A stretch of DNA of 64,000 bases, taken from contig NC_082713.1 in assembly GCF_030144855.1 (NCBI RefSeq), positions 144,956,001 to 145,020,000 of the forward strand, written 5' to 3'. Positions 24,725 through 38,219 of the stretch are shown piece by piece. Numbering within the stretch: position 1 is the first letter of the stretch; the number at the start of each line of letters is the position of its first letter. The notes beneath the pieces were generated by a model. That model saw only the letters and a program-made list of their open reading frames with translations. It was not told where the DNA came from and made no database searches. Origin of the DNA: Hypanus sabinus. Its lineage: Eukaryota. The translations under genes were made by a program, and so were the position numbers.

Positions 24725-26189
24725 CTAAGGCAAATAAATTATCAGCTGAGTTTTCACATAAGCAGTGGTAGGCTATGGTTTGTTTGGTGGTATCTTACAT
24801 TGTTTTATAATGGGCTGAGCTACACTCTAAACCTGCCATTTGCGCTCCCGACGCCTGACACACGTACAAACCCTTGCAGACACTTGATTCCTAAGATATC
24901 GACAGTGTTACTGCTTTAGTTGTTCTGTGAATGGAAACTAGGTGATTGGCAGAGGAAAGTCAGGTCCTGCCCAAGCATTACTCTGAAATCCCCCCGACAG
25001 CTGTGCTAGCAAAGACCCTTTCACTATTTTCATGATCAGAACATTTAGAAAAATTAGAGTAAATTAAAAATCTTGAGAGCTATTAAAAATGTACTTATAA
25101 ACACAATAAACTTCCATTAATTAATTACAAACATAAATATACAAAGAAATAAATAAACTGAAAGCTGAACTAAACTCAGCTTTCAAAGGAAAGTTAATGA
25201 CCATATTGAGGTAAGTGGAACACTGAAAATGCACCAGCTTTGGTTGACATACATCAAAAGGCCTGGATAAGTATCAGGAGAATGTCTGAGAATGCCGGTG
25301 GACACAAGTGGAGCTCACAGAAAGACTGAGTATCTGACCGTTCAGATGGTTCTTAACTTCTGTACTGAAACATGCAGGCTTGGCAATTAGGAATGTGCTA
25401 GTGGACACATTGCAACTAGCTGGAGGCTTTCAACAATCAGCTACAATATAAAACTATCATCGTGGAGCTGAACTCGAATTCTGAGGTAAGCATTACAGTG
25501 ACAGGCGAGCATTTGTAGTATTTATTGCCCATGTTAAATCGTCTGTGAGGTTATGATAGGCTGCTTTAAACCGTTGCATTTCTGTTGGCGACAGAGTCCC
25601 CTACAGTGCTGTTGTGTGATTTTTACAGAGTAATGAATAGCAGGGGTGGAAGGGTGGATATAAGTCTCTACCAAAGGAGGTATGAGGCGCTCCTTCCCTC
25701 TGCTAGCCTGTAGCTCACCCTTGGGCAATGCGTAGCACCTGCTTAGTCCCCCCAATCAGGGTCATAGGCGCAGGTGGTGGATGGTCATATGAGCAGCTGG
25801 TGCATATCACATGTCTTGGTTATGTCACCACAGATGTTAGGCAATCTCTGATGAGGATTGATAATGGCTGGGGTCACCCATCTTGTAAAAACACTGTCCA
25901 GAAGAAGGCAATAGCATACCACTTTTGTCAAGAATAATCATGGTCATTATGGAAGACCATGATTGTCTAAGTCATACCAAATGGCACATAATGACAACGG
26001 TGAATGAATGGCAAGATAATTCCCAATCAGGATGGCATAATTGGGAAGAGGGATTTGTAGATCGTGGCATTTCCATGTCCCTTTTGCCTAAATTATGAGT
26101 TCTTTCTAAAGAAGATGCTACCCAATGTCTTGCTGATTTGCTATGGTGCATTATACAAATAATACAGAATGTAGCCACAAAGCTTGTGT

Positions 26190-27815
26190 GTGGAGAACCC
26201 CTGGCCCCCACCCCCTTATTTTCACCATGGACGTTCAGTTCCTTTATACCTCCATCCCCCATCAGGAAGGTCTCAAAGCTCTCCGCTTCTTTTTGAATTC
26301 CAGACCTAACCAGTTCCACTCTACCACCACTCTCCTCCGTCTAGCGGAATTAGTCCTTACTCTCAATAATTTCTCCTTTGGCTCCTCCCACTTCCTCCAA
26401 ACCAAGGGTGTAGTCATGGGCACCCGTATAGGTCATAGTTATGCCTGCCTTTTTGTTGGCTTTGTGGAACAGTCCATGTTCCGAGTCTATACGGGTATCC
26501 ATCCCTCTCGTTTCCTTCGCTACATCGACGACTGCATTGGCGCGGCCTCCTGCACGCATGCTGAGCTCGTTGACTTCATTTACTTTGCCTCCAACTTTCA
26601 CCCTGCCCTCAAATTTACCTGGTCCATTTCCGACACCTCCCTCCCCTTTCTTGATCTTTCTGTCTCCATCTCTGGAGACGGCTTATCTACTGATATCTAC
26701 TATAAGCCTACAGACTCTCACAGCTACCTGGACTATTCCTCTTCCCACCCTGTCTCTTGCAAAAATGCTATCCCCTTCTCACAATTCCTCTGTCTCCACC
26801 GCATCTACTCTCAGGATGAGGCTTTTCATTCCAGGACGAAGGAGATGTCTTCCTTTTTTAAACAAAAGGGGCTTTCCTTCCTTCACCATCAACTCTGCTC
26901 TCAAATGCAACTCTCCTATTTCATGCACATCTGCTCTCAACCCATCCGCCCACCACCCCACTCAGGATAGGGTTCCCCTTGTCCTTACCTACCACCCTAA
27001 CAGCCTCCGAGTCCAACAAATAATTCTCCGTAACTTCCGCCATCTCCAACAGGATCCCACCACCAAGCACATTTTTCCCTCCCCTCCTCTTTCTGCTTTC
27101 TGCAGGGATCGCTCCCTACATGACTCCCTTGTCCATTCGTCCCCTCCATCCCTTCCCACCAATCTCCCTCCTGGAACTTATCCCTGTAAGCAGAACAAGT
27201 GCTACACCTGCCCTTACACTTCCTCTCTCACCACCATTCAGGGCCCCAGACAGTCCTTCCAGGTGAGGTGACACTTCATCTGTGAGTCGCTGGTGTGGTA
27301 TACGGCGTCCGGTGCTCCCGGTGTGGCCTCTTGTGGCCCGACGCAGACTGGGAGACTGTTTCGCTGAACACCTACGCTCGGTCTGCCAGAGAAAGCAGGA
27401 TCTCCCAGTGGCCAAACATTTTAATTCTATGTCCCATTCTGTTATATCTATCCATGGCCTCCTCTACTGTCAAGATGAAGCCACACTCAGGTTGGAGGAA
27501 CAACGCCTTATATACCGGCTGGGTAGCCGCCAACCTGGTAGCAAGAACATTGATCTCTCTTACTTCTGTTAATGCCCCTCCTCCCCTTCTTACCCCATCC
27601 TTATTTATTTATTTCCCCCTCCTTTTTTTTCCCTCTCTTTGCCTGTTCTCCATCTCCCTCTGGTGCTCCCCTCCCCCTTTCTTTCTCCCTAGGCCTCCCG
27701 TCCCATGATCCTTTCCCTTCAATAAAGTATGTCTGTTCTCCAGCTCCGTATCACTTTCGCCAATCACCTTTCCAGCTCTTAACTTCACCCCACCCCCTCT
27801 GGTCTTCTCTTATCG
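26190..27815 (+). mobile_element. Penelope-like element, 5'-truncated and frameshifted (RT + GIY-YIG)
   Basis: MDVQFLYTSIPH, GVVMGT, RYIDD, LPFLD and YYKPTDSHSYL are PLE-type RT motifs. They are followed by a Cys-rich linker and a GIY-YIG remnant (VVYGVRCSRCGL; RRLGDCFAEHLRSV; PVAKHFN; LEEQRLIYRLG). Confidence 0.92.
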
Positions 27816-28539
27816 TTTTGGATGATTTCCTCATGTGTGGAGAGAGTGAATGCTTAAGGTTGTGGGTGAAGTACGATGGGCTGCTTTGTCCTCAGTGGAG
27901 TTAAACTTCTTGAGTACTGTCAGAGTTTCGTTTACCTGTGCTAGTAAACAGCATTATATCTTCTTTACAAACAGACAGGGGCTTTAGGCAATCACAAAAT
28001 GAGTCACTCATAATAAAGTTGATAATTTCTCACTCAGAAATATTTACGTGGTCGGTTCTGTTATTTTCTGAAATCCTCAGGCTTTGAGGGATGGTGGGGA
28101 ATTTGGCAAAGCCACTGTAAGTCACAGGAAAATGGAGATGTTACTATCTGGCAATTATAAACCAAGTATACTCTTCTCTACACTGAGTGCAAACTGCATT
28201 TTCCTCAGTAGTTACTAATGGAAATGATCAAAAACCCTTTTATAATAAAGGCAGGGCCACTGATTAAGCAGTCAAAAAGGAATGGGTCTGAAAATAGAAC
28301 CAAAGGTATTTTAACAAAAAAAACAAAGATAAAGTAGAAAATTCCACTATATCCAGAACTAATGGGGTATAATGATTCTTTATGGGAATACAATTTTAAC
28401 CAAATTAAATATAAAGGAAAATTATCCTGTCATCAAGATAGCTTTCCTACAGTTACTGTGTTAGTTTTATTTTTAAATCTCAATCATAACACACACACAC
28501 TAAAATATCCCTAAAAGTAGCTTTCCCATGAACAAATCT

Positions 28540-30019
28540 ATCATAGAGGACAACAGCTTAGAAACAGGCCCCTCATCTCATCTGGTCTGCCTTGTCCCAT
28601 TGAACCACACCTGGACTGTAGCCCTCATATTCCTCACATTCATGAACTTATCCAAACTTCTCTTAAATGTTGAAATCTAATCCACATTATCCAAAGACCA
28701 CAAGACATAGGAGAAGAATTAGGCCATTCAGCCCGAGTCTGCTCTACCATTCCATCATGACTGATCCCGAATCCCACTCAACACCATACACCTGCCTTCT
28801 CGTCATATCCTTTGATGCCCTGACCAATCAAGAAACAACCAAATTCTGCCTTAAATATGTCCACGGACTTGGCCTTCACCACAGTCTGTGGCAGAGCATT
28901 TCACAGATTTACTACTCTTGGGCTAAAAAAAATTCCTCCTTACCTGTGCTCTAAAGAGTTGTCCCTCAATTTTGAGTCTGTGCTCTCTGGTTCTGGATAC
29001 CCTCACTGTAGGAAACATCCTCTCCACATCCAATTTATCTAGTTCTTTCAACATTTGATAGGTCTCAATGAGATTTCTCCCCCCCCCCCCCCCCGCATCC
29101 TTCTAAATCCCAGTGAGTACAGGCCCAAAGCTGCCAAATGCTCCTCATATGTTAACCTCTTCATTTCCGGAATCATCCTTGTGAACGTCCTCTGGACTCT
29201 CTCCAATGACAACATATCCTTTCTAAGATATAGGCCCAAAACTATTGACAATACTCCAAGTGCAGCCTAGGGTCTTATAAAGGTTCAGTATTATCTCTTT
29301 GCTTTTACAGTCTACTCCCCTTGAAATCAATGCCAACATTGTATTTGTCTTCTTTACCACAGACTCAACCTGTAAATTAGCCTTCTGGGAGTCTTGCGCG
29401 TGGACTCCCGAGTCCCTCTGCACCTCTGATGTTTGATCCTTCTCCCCACGTAGATAATAGTCCACACCATTATTCCTTTTACCAAAATGCATTATCATAC
29501 ATTTCCCAACACTGTATTCCATCTGCCACTTCTTTACCCATTCTTCCAATTTGTCAAAGTCCTCAACACTACATACCCCTTCACCTTTCCCCATATCATC
29601 CACACACTTTGCCACAAAGCCATCAATTTCATTATCTAAATCACTGACAAACAATGTGAACAGCAACAGTCCCAAAACTGATCCCTGAGGAACTGACAGT
29701 GGACCAATAAAGGCCCCATTTTATTCCTGCTTGCCGCCTCCTGCCTGTCAGCCATTCCACTATCCATGCCACTAACTTTCCATAGGATTTTATCGTGTTA
29801 AGAAGCTTCTTGTGACACCTTATCAAACACATCCACCACTTCCACTGGCAACTCATTCTATAATTGTGCTACATTCTGAGTGAACAAGTTCCCCTTCATG
29901 TTTCCTTAAACATTTCACCTGCACCCTTACCCTTTGACCTCTAATTCTAGCTTCACCCAACCTCAGTGAAAAAAGCCTGCTTGAATTGACCATCTCATAA
30001 TGTTTTATACCTCTATCAA
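28540..30019 (-). mobile_element. CR1 LINE 3' fragments (nested copies)
   Basis: ORFs 29223-29675 and 29048-29251 give CR1 RT C-terminal motifs (KWQMEYSVGKC; LERVQRTFTRMIP; LGLYSL). Confidence 0.85.
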
Positions 30020-30784
30020 GGATTCTAAGTACACTTATTATCAAAGTACGTATGCAGTATGCAACTCTGCGATTCATCTTACTGCAGATGGCCACAAAAA
30101 AAAAAGACCATGTAATCCTTTCAAAGAAAATGTCAAACACCGGATGCGCAAAAAAAAAGAACAAATCATACAAACGGCAAAATAGAGCAAATGCACATCA
30201 AACCAGAGTTCTTGGAATGGTCTGGGAATATTCAGTTCATTGTACTAGGCTGCAGAGCCAGTCTGCCCTGATCAAAATTACGCAAAACAGCAATTTAAAG
30301 AAAAGCAGTAACCAGAAACCAGAAACAAAAATAACTGCAGTCCTCTCAAAGTAAGTCCAATCCATAAACTGCACCCATCAAACCTTGCCCAAGAACCAAG
30401 ACTCTTGTACCTTCCTCCAGTGGCAGCGAGCTAGAGGGAAAGGGAAACTGGTCCATCACAGGCAGGCGGAGCTCCCCTTCTGCTCTAGTCCTCGTTGATT
30501 TCAATCTTTCTCAAAGGTTTAATCGGTGACTTGCTCAAGAATTGGAGCCGATCAGAGGCTTGTGCTCCGCTCATAGGCACACTCCTTTCTCAACCTCACC
30601 AAATTCCCTCTGAGACAGCAAAAGTGCCAGATCGCTCAATCAGTACTTTACATTATCAAAATGTAAATTATAGGCTCCAAACATACACAGAAGCACATTT
30701 AAAAGAACGAGAAGAAGTAGTAGTTTTGTGAACTTTCTGTAGGCATCGCCATTAGTCGCATTGGTTGCTGTCCCCATCTTGCCA
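30020..30784 (-). mobile_element. Non-autonomous retroelement with LINE-like 3' tail, nested in CR1
   Basis: Interrupts CR1 sequence (CTCTATCAA|ATCTCCCC) with TSD TATCAA/TATTAA. Its 3' tail TTTGATAATAAGTGTACTTAGAA resembles the local Rex/Babar tails. No credible ORF. Confidence 0.6.
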
Positions 30785-31310
30785 TATTAAATCTCCCCCA
30801 TTGACCTATGCTCCGTAGAATAAAATCCTAATCTATTCAACCTTTCCCTACAACTCAGATCCTCCAGTTCCAGCAGCATTCTCCATACTCTTTCAATTTT
30901 ATTATACTGTATATTTCCTGTAGGTCAGTAACCAGGAACTCCAAATTTGGCCTCACCAAAGTCTTATACAATTTCAACATCCCAACTCTTGCACTCAATA
31001 TTCTGATGTATGGAAGCCAATGTGCCAAATCTCTCTTTACAACTCTATCTACTTGGGACACCACTTTCAAGGAATTACGGATCTGTATTCCCAGATACCT
31101 CTGTTCTATAGCACTCCTCAGTGCCCTACCATACACTGTAAGTCCTACCCTGGTTTGTCCTCCCAAAGTGTAACAATTCACAATTATCCGTATTAAATTC
31201 CAACTGCCATTTTCAGCCAATTTTTCCAGTGGGTCCAGATTCTGTTGCCAACTGTTCATGAAACCCTTAATCTTGGTGTTGTCCACAAACTTACTGATCC
31301 AATTTACCAT
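30785..31310 (-). mobile_element. CR1 LINE fragment (continuation)
   Basis: ISKFVDNTK; RYLGIQI; LKLYKTLVRPNLE. Confidence 0.8.
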
Positions 31311-31319
31311 CGTTTCAGA

Positions 31320-32345
31320 TCTCTCCTGGTTCCAGCATGTAAGTGCCATTACGAAGAAAGTCCAGCAGCATTTCTACTTTCTTAGAAGTTTACAAAAACT
31401 TTGATAAACTTCTACAGACGTGTGGTGGAGAGTAAATTGATGGTTGCCTTGGCCTTGAATGGAAAAGCCTACAACAGTACTGGATATGGCCCAGTCCATC
31501 ACAAAAGCCCTTCCCACCAATGAGCACATCCACATGGAGTGCTGTCACAGGAAAGCAGCATCCATCATCAAGGACGCCCACCATCCAGCCATGCTCTCTT
31601 CTCATTACTGCCAGAAGTACAAGAGCTTCAGGACCTGCACCACCAGTTTCAGGAACCCCTCAGCCATCAGGCTCTTGAACCAGTGGGGGTAACTTCACTT
31701 GCCTCATCATAAACTGTTCCCACAACTCATCAAGAAGTCCTCATCTCACGTTATCAGTAGTTATTACTTGTTGTAGCAGCCAAACTAAATCAAAACCAAA
31801 ACAACTGCTGCTGGCAGCATCTCTATGGATTTATTATACTTGCTTGATGCGCCCTCACTCCTGTAGAGATTGTTCCATATGTTGAGGATATGTATTCAAT
31901 CCTTTATTAGCAATAAGCAAACATATAATCTTAAAGCAAGGAAACTCAGGCATACCCAAGTGTAACCTAAGCATTACTAAGCGGTCAGCAAAGGACATAA
32001 CTTTCGTCGGTCCCCAGCTTCTTCAAACTGCCATGAACAAAGCACGAAGGCGTTATTTATTCCCTTTGCTTTTACCAAGCCACTGCTCATGTATCTAGTT
32101 ACTATAATGAACGTGCAATGCAGAATAAATGCAGATAAAGAACAGGTGCATGGCTCCTACACTTATTTATTTGTTATATTTCCCATTTTCTCTTTCTTTT
32201 ATATTTGCTCAGTTTGTTGTTTTTTTTGCATGTTGGTTATTGTCCATCCTGTTGGGTGCAGTCTTTCATTGATCCTATTGTGTTTAGTCTATTTACTGTG
32301 ATTGTCCACGAGAAAATGAATCTCAAGGTTGATGATAATTTTTCT
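31320..32345 (+). mobile_element. Rex1/Babar-type LINE 3' fragment (interrupted by LTR-like insertion)
   Basis: RKAASIIKDAHHP motif and the family 3' UTR. Confidence 0.7.
31772..32161. mobile_element. Solo-LTR-like insertion, 390 bp
   Basis: TG...CA termini with a 10-bp inverted repeat (TGTAGCAGCC / GGCTCCTACA, 1 mismatch) and a 5-bp TSD CTTGT/CTTAT. Confidence 0.75.
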
Positions 32346-32720
32346 TTGCACTTAGAACATTGTCATCTACTGTATATCAACAGTCTGGATAATAAAGACA
32401 AACAATAATGGACTCAGCACCAGTCGTTGTGGCACACCACTAGTCACAGCGTCTGTTCAGAGAGGCTTCTCTTGTGAAACCAATGTTGAATCCAATTTAC
32501 TATCTCATCCTGAATGTCAAGCAACTGAACCTTGTTCACCAAGTTCTCACATAGGTCTTTGTCAAAGACCTTGCTGAAGTCCATGTAGGCAATGTCCTTT
32601 CCTTCATCAGCTTTCCTGGTAACCTCCTGAAAAAAACTCTATAAAATTGGCTAGACATAACCACCATGCACAAAGCCATATTGACTATCCCTAATCAGGC
32701 GCCATCTATCTAAATGCATA

Positions 32721-33447
32721 TGTGACATTCTGGTTAAGATTTTTACTGCTATGCTGCAGGTATTTCATTTTAGCAGTTCTGTAAGAGCAGTCTGTTCTGC
32801 TTTCAGCCTGTCTGGGTTTGAGCTGAGGCAAGGGGCTTTGTTGTTCAACTTAGGAATGTGGTGTCAGCCAATCAGGATGGTAGAATTCAGAAAATGTTCT
32901 GGAGAACACTCGATAGAGAGGTCTTTGTTGGCGGGAGCTGGGGAAGACAGGGCAGAAGACGGCTGAGGATGCCGTCCCTGTTGCACAAGGTGCTTTGTGC
33001 AAATGAATTGCTTCAAGGAGGAAGGGTTGATACTCCTGTGGGAGAGCCCATTTGTTCAAGATGGATTTCGAGTGACATTTGGAATGTGCAGTGTATATGG
33101 TGACTGAAAGATTTGAGCCCCACCGTGCACATGCAATTGTTTAAGTACAATGGGTCCTTTTTTACCCCCCTTTCCTTTAATAACTAATTGCTTAAGTTAA
33201 CATTCTTAAATATCTTTACAATTGTATGCAGTGTACTATCTGTTATGATTGCCAAGGGCAGTAATTCACACAAACCGGTCTTTGGGTGGGCGAGACATCC
33301 CAAGCTCACAGATTTGGCAGGACCAAAGCTGTATACACCCAACGAAGCCCAAGAAAGGTGGGTTCCTCCTCGCAGAGTCTGAGGGTTCATTAGTGAGGGA
33401 TGAATGAGCCACATTTCCAGAGATACCCAGTAAAAAGGGGTTTCACT
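32721..33447 (+). mobile_element. Probable solo LTR (~725 bp) inserted in a CR1 fragment
   Basis: Starts TGTGAC and ends ...GGGGTTTCAC, with an internal CCAAT box. CR1 sequence resumes on both sides. The TSD is not clean. Confidence 0.5.
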
Positions 33448-34538
33448 TATCCTGTTGGTTGGAATACCCACCAATAATTTATCTACTACTGACCTCAGAC
33501 TCACCAACATAATTTCCAAGCTTATTCTTAGAGCCTTTCTTGAACAACAATTGCTACCCTTCAGTCTCATGGCACCTCACCTGGTGGCTAAGGACATTTT
33601 AAGTACCTCTGAAAGGGTCACTACATTTCTGCGGTCTCCCCCATCAAGCTCCAATAAACACCTTGCCAAGCCATAGGGACTTATCCACCCTAACGTGCCC
33701 CAAGACAGCAAGTACCTCCTCTTCTGTAATCCATACATGATACACAACCTCACTACAGTTCTGCCTCTGTAATATAGACTCTGTGTCTGTCTCCTGAGTA
33801 TTTACAGATGGGAAATCTTCATTTAAGATCTGCCTCATCTCATTCCATTTCTATCCTCTTTCATTACAAGAAATAGTAACCACAAGGATGTGTAGCTGGT
33901 TGGAAAGATACAATAAGAACATGGGAAGGAACAGGCTGTCCCAAGGATGGGCCTCATTTATCCATTTCTGGAATCTTGGTATCATCAACAAGGCTACCTT
34001 TTTGACTACCTTTAGTTACTTTTAAGAAGTTGGTGATGAGCTTCCCACTTGGTGTGGAGTCCCGTACGAAATGGTCATAGTGCTGTTGCACAGAAAGCTC
34101 CAGAACTGAGATCCAGCAACAACGAAGGAATAACAATACATTTCAAAAACAAGGATTTTGTGTATCTTCGGGGGGACCCACTGATGTGCTTAAGCTGCTT
34201 CAAGGCTGTAGGAATCTGCAGGGACAGTATATTGTCTCTGGTCCTTGCCTTCTCACAAGATCAAGAGTTAGTAATGGCACTGTCACTGAACACCAAATGA
34301 AGCCAAATAAACTGTACATCTCTTTATCTCTCACACACACAAATGGTCTTTCAACTTGTGTGGCATGGTGAGATGTAGACAGTTGCCACATAAGATGTTT
34401 TTTTGGGTGCTTTGTATTGGTGGAAATAGGAGCAAGGAAGGAAAAAAGGATACGAGATAGACAATAGATGCAGGAGCCGGCCATTCGGCCCCTCAAGCCA
34501 GCACCGCCATTCACTGTGGTCATGGCTGATCATCCACA

Positions 34539-34752
34539 TGTGGTGAACTCTGTGCCTGTCTGGACACGCCCCCTGCTGAATGCTCCTGTGGCTCCTCCCA
34601 CAGGCCCCTGTATAAAGGCGATCTGAGGCCTGACGCTCGGCCTCAGTCTCCAGGACATAGTATGATGGACACTCACTCCTGGTTCCTTCTTCCAGTCAAT
34701 AAAAGCCGATATCTCGCCTTACGTCTCAGTGTGAGTTATTGATGGTGCATCA
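34539..34752 (+). mobile_element. Solo LTR, 214 bp, inserted in a CR1 3' end
   Basis: TG...CA termini, perfect 5-bp TSD CCACA (34534-34538, 34753-34757), TATAAA at 34611 and AATAAA at 34698. Confidence 0.9.
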
Positions 34753-35399
34753 CCACATCAATACCCTGTTCCTGACTTCCCCCCCATTTCCCTTGACTCC
34801 GCAATCTTTAAGAGCTGTATTTAACTCTTTCTCGAAAGCATCCAGAGAATTGGCCTCCACTGCCTTCTGAGGCAGAGCATTCCACAGATCCACAATTCTC
34901 TGGGTGAAAAAGCTTTTCCTCAACTCTAGCTGACACATGTGCAAACAAAGCCCGCGAATATTCCGTCGTGAGGATATCCCGAGCAGCCAGATGTATTGCT
35001 CCTGTCATTCCCTGCATGTTTCTTACTCTAAACAAGGGAATCACAGTCTCAGGTTACAAGATATCATCACAGTATAACAATGGGAATAGGAGATACTTCA
35101 TCATACAAGTTTACAACTTGTATACACATAGACATCAAGAGATAGGAGGTCAGTGTGGGAATATGGCATTGCGATAGAATGTACAGATTGGCAGAGCAGA
35201 CTCAAAGGACTGATAGGCCTAATCCTGTTACTGCTCATCATCCAAAGGTTCTCACCCCAGCTTTTGACCCAAAACCTCCTTGTTAAATAATGCTGTACAC
35301 AGCATGTTAGGCCAACACCATTTTTGAGAACTTGATAAGTAAATGTTGAAAGGTGCCTCCATATCTGCCCTTGCACTGAAGTACATCTTTTCCATAACT

Positions 35400-36945
35400 A
35401 CAATAAAACACTTACCTCAGAAGTTTTTTCAAGAACTGAATAAATATGTAAGGAAATTTCTTTGGAAAGGAAAGGTGTCAAAATTTTAAGAATTATTATA
35501 AAGCAAATCAACTTAGATTTATTGCGTCTTTTTTTGATGAAGAAAAACCGGCATGGATTAGAATAGAACTAGATAAGGTAGGAGAAAACATACCAGAAGA
35601 TTTTATATATAAATGGGAATCCAAATGGATACGGGAAAAAAAAGAATCTCCTATATTAAGACACTTGATTGATTTATGGAATAAGGTAAATATGGACGAT
35701 GAGATAAAGAAATCTTTATTAGCAAAAAGAACTTTAATTCAAAATAGGCTTATTCCTTTTACAATGGATAATAAACTTTTACATAATTGGTTCCAAAAGG
35801 GGATTAAATACATAGGTGATTGTTTTGAAGGAGGTATAGATGTCATTTGATCAATTAAAAAATAAATATAAAATATCAAATAACACTCTTTTCTGTTATT
35901 TTCAATTAAAGGCTTATTTACAAGAAAAGCTGGGACAAACAATGTTGATGCCAAAACCTAGTGAAATAGAAATATTATTTCAAAAAGGAAAAATTTAAAA
36001 ATGTACATCTTGTATGTATAATTTGATTCAAAAACAGACAATTAAATCAGGAATTCATAAATCAAGACAAAAATGGGAATATGATTTGAATGTTAAAATT
36101 GATGGAAAAAACTGGTCAAGATTATGTTCTGATAGTATGAGAAATACAATAAATGTTCGACTTAGATTAATACAATATAATTTTTTACATCAATTATATA
36201 TAACACCACAGAAAATAAATAGATTAAATTCCAATATGTCTGACCAATGTTTTCGATGTAATCAAGAAATTGGTATTTTTTTACATTCTACTTGGTCTTG
36301 TTTTAAAATTCAACCATTTTGGATAAATTTAAGACTTTTATTGGAACAAATTACTGGAGTACAACTCCCACATAGTCCAGTATTATTTTTATTAGGAGAC
36401 ATTGAAGGGACAATACCAAAACTTAAATTGAATAAGTATCAGAAAAAATTTATAAAAATTGCATTGGCAGTAGCTAAAAAAGTTATCGCAGTTACCTGGA
36501 AATCTGATTTATATTTAACTATGGATTGTTGTAATAATGAAATACATAGTTGTATTCCAATTGAAAAAATTGCATACAAGAAATGAATATGATATATTTT
36601 TGAAAATTTGGCTCCCGTACCTACAAAAGATAGGATTAAATACATAGGTCCTTTGAAGATAAAATTATAAAGTAATTGGGGAAAGTAAAAATAAATATTA
36701 AAATTATTTTGAACTCCATGGAGCATGTGGGGATCCTCCGATATCCAGGTAATCTTTTTCTCCTTTTTCTCCCTTTTTTTCTTTCTTTAGATAAGGGTTA
36801 AGGGGAGGGGAGGGTTAAGGGGAGGGGGGAGGGTTAATATTATTTTTCTCACTATTTTATCATCACATTTATTCTTTGTAATTTTCTAAAATTTAATAAA
36901 TAAATAAATAAATAGATAGATAGATAGATAAATAAATAAATAGAT
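35400..36945 (+). mobile_element. L1 LINE 3' fragment (ORF2 C-terminus, 3' UTR, tail)
   Basis: KFLWKGK; QYNFLHQLYITP; CCHC-type motif CFRC...H..WSC; AKKVIAVTWK. G-rich 3' UTR tract and a (TAAA)n/(TAGA)n tail. Confidence 0.9.
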
Positions 36946-36984
36946 TTTAAAAGCTGCAATAAAGCACAGTCCTACTCCTTCCTC

Positions 36985-37875
36985 ACAGGTTGATCTATAC
37001 CCACAACTGTGTGACTAGGCATAGCTCAAATGTCATATACAAATTTGCTGATTATACAACCATTGTTGGCAGGATCTTAAATGGAGATATGAGGGCGTAC
37101 AGGAGTGAGATATACCTGCTAGTTGAGTGGTGTTGTAGCAACAAACTTGCACTCAACGTCAGTAAGAACAAAGAGCTTCAGGCAGGGTAAGACGAAGGAA
37201 CACAAACCAATCCTCATAGAGGGATCAGAAGTGGAGAGGGTGAGCAAATTCAAGTTCCTGGGTGTCAAGATCTCTGAGGATCTAACCTGTCCCAACATAA
37301 TAATGCAGCTACAAAGAAGGCAAGACAGCAGCTATATTTCATTGGGAGTTTGAGGCAATTTGGTCTGTCACCTAAAACACTCAAAAACTTCTACAAATGT
37401 ACCAAGGAGAGCACTCTGACAGTCTGCATCACTGTTTGGTGTGTGGGGGGAGGTTACTGCACAAAAGCTACAGAAAGATGTAAAGTTAGTCAGCCCATTT
37501 TGGATCCAAGACATCTTTAAGGAACGGTGCCTCAGAAAGGTAGTGTCAATTGTTAAGGACCCTCATCACCCTGGACATGGCCTCTTCTCATTTCTACCAC
37601 CAGGAAGGAAGTACGGAAGCCTGAAGGCACATGCTCAGTGATTCAAGATTCTTCCACCCCTGCCATCCAATTTCAAGATGGAAATCAAACCCATGAACAC
37701 TACCTTACTTTTTATTATTATTATTTCTGCTTTTGCACTATTTTTAATTTAACTATTTAATATACGTATATGTACTTACTGTAAATGGTCTTTTTATATA
37801 TTTATCGTGGTACTGTTGTCGCTAGGTTAACAAATTTTGCAACAGACACCGGTGATATTAAATCTGATTTTGATA
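36985..37875 (+). mobile_element. Rex1/Babar-type LINE 3' fragment
   Basis: YKFADYTTIVG; LALNVSKNKEL; VERVSKFKFLGV; VKDPHHPGH. Confidence 0.85.
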
Positions 37876-38219
37876 TTCTTGGGCCTCATTCTGCAGATAT
37901 ATTGTCAACTCATTTTTTTTTCCAAACTGGTATTCCCGTGTCTTGAGACTGTTTCGAGATGTGAAGGGCTTGGGAGAGATTGAATTCTACCAGATGCAGC
38001 TGCTCAAGACCACAATCACACTTGCAGGGAAGCCATCTTATGGCTACTGGCTAGCTTTACACCGAAGTGGCGGCCCTTCTTGTTAGTAGGTGATCAGTAA
38101 GTGGTTTGATAAACTCAAATGCAGTCAATGAAATGCTGAATCCAGGCAAAGCAGGCCATTCTTAAGCACTCTTATCTTAAGCTCCATTCTCATCTTGTTC
38201 AGTCTTATTCTGATTAGTC

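Noticed and set aside
26143-27708. Overlapping 275-aa ORFs as a novel RT-nuclease system
   Set aside because: This is an ordinary Penelope-like element, 5'-truncated with frameshifts and an internal deletion in the GIY-YIG region.
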